This document shows positions 60,049 through 60,203 of a stretch of 60,203 nt of DNA, one piece after another. The notes beneath the pieces are model-generated. The model had not been told where the DNA came from and made no database searches. It was given only the letters and a program-made list of their open reading frames with translations. The position numbers and the translations under genes are program-made. The DNA lies in NCBI GenBank assembly GCA_025963735.1, contig JAOQAF010000080.1:1-60203 (forward strand). The letters run 5' to 3'. The DNA comes from Bacteroidota bacterium (GTDB lineage Bacteria > Bacteroidota > Bacteroidia > B-17B0 > Aurantibacillaceae). Position 1 is the stretch's first letter, and every line of letters begins with the position of its first letter.

Positions 60049-60203
60049 TTCTCGCAGAGAGCGCAGATTCTCGCGAAGGGTAAAGGCATAGCCATAAATA
60101 ACAAATGATAATAAAAGAGCCGCAGATTTCACGGATTACGCAGAGCTATTATGATTGAGATTAAATTAAATGTTTCTCGCAGAGAGCCCAGATTTTCGCG
60201 GAG
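60049..60203 (+). repeat. Cluster of short direct repeats made of CGCAGAnnn 9-mers; runs off the window end
   Basis: 60049-60078 and 60174-60203 are 27/30 identical. A related unit, GCCGCAGATTTCACGGATTACGCAGAG, lies at 60119-60145. Confidence 0.7.

Noticed and set aside
60049-60203. CRISPR array at the window end
   Set aside because: Only two 30-mers match (27/30), they are 125 nt apart, the middle unit differs, the units have internal 9-nt periodicity, and no cas genes are present.

Overview
AT-rich, gene-dense chromosomal segment of a Bacteroidota bacterium. The lineage call rests on T9SS/PorT genes, TAnnTTTG promoters, the uppS-bamA-skp-skp operon, the three-subunit sdhCAB and Gln-starting secreted proteins. 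It holds about 48 CDS, mostly core functions: envelope biogenesis (murI, uppS, bamA, two skp, porT, EnvC-like, OmpA proteins), translation (cysS, trpS, tig), replication and repair (polA, radA), respiration (sdhCAB) and panD. I found no tRNA, rRNA, transposase, integrase, prophage or CRISPR-Cas. The best leads are: (1) a radA-coupled pair of TPR membrane sensors, the first of which ends just after the DSIxYAKRIQ linker helix and lacks the PP2C/SpoIIE phosphatase domain; (2) a 558-aa orphan with GNAT-like motifs between an FAD oxidoreductase and trpS; (3) a 9-nt-period CRCRGAnnn repeat family in front of polA and radA; (4) two ATGA-chained uORFs in the mgtC leader; (5) a probable CTG start for porT; (6) two near-identical sigma54-like sites in front of envelope genes. 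All family calls come from motif recognition by eye; no searches were run.
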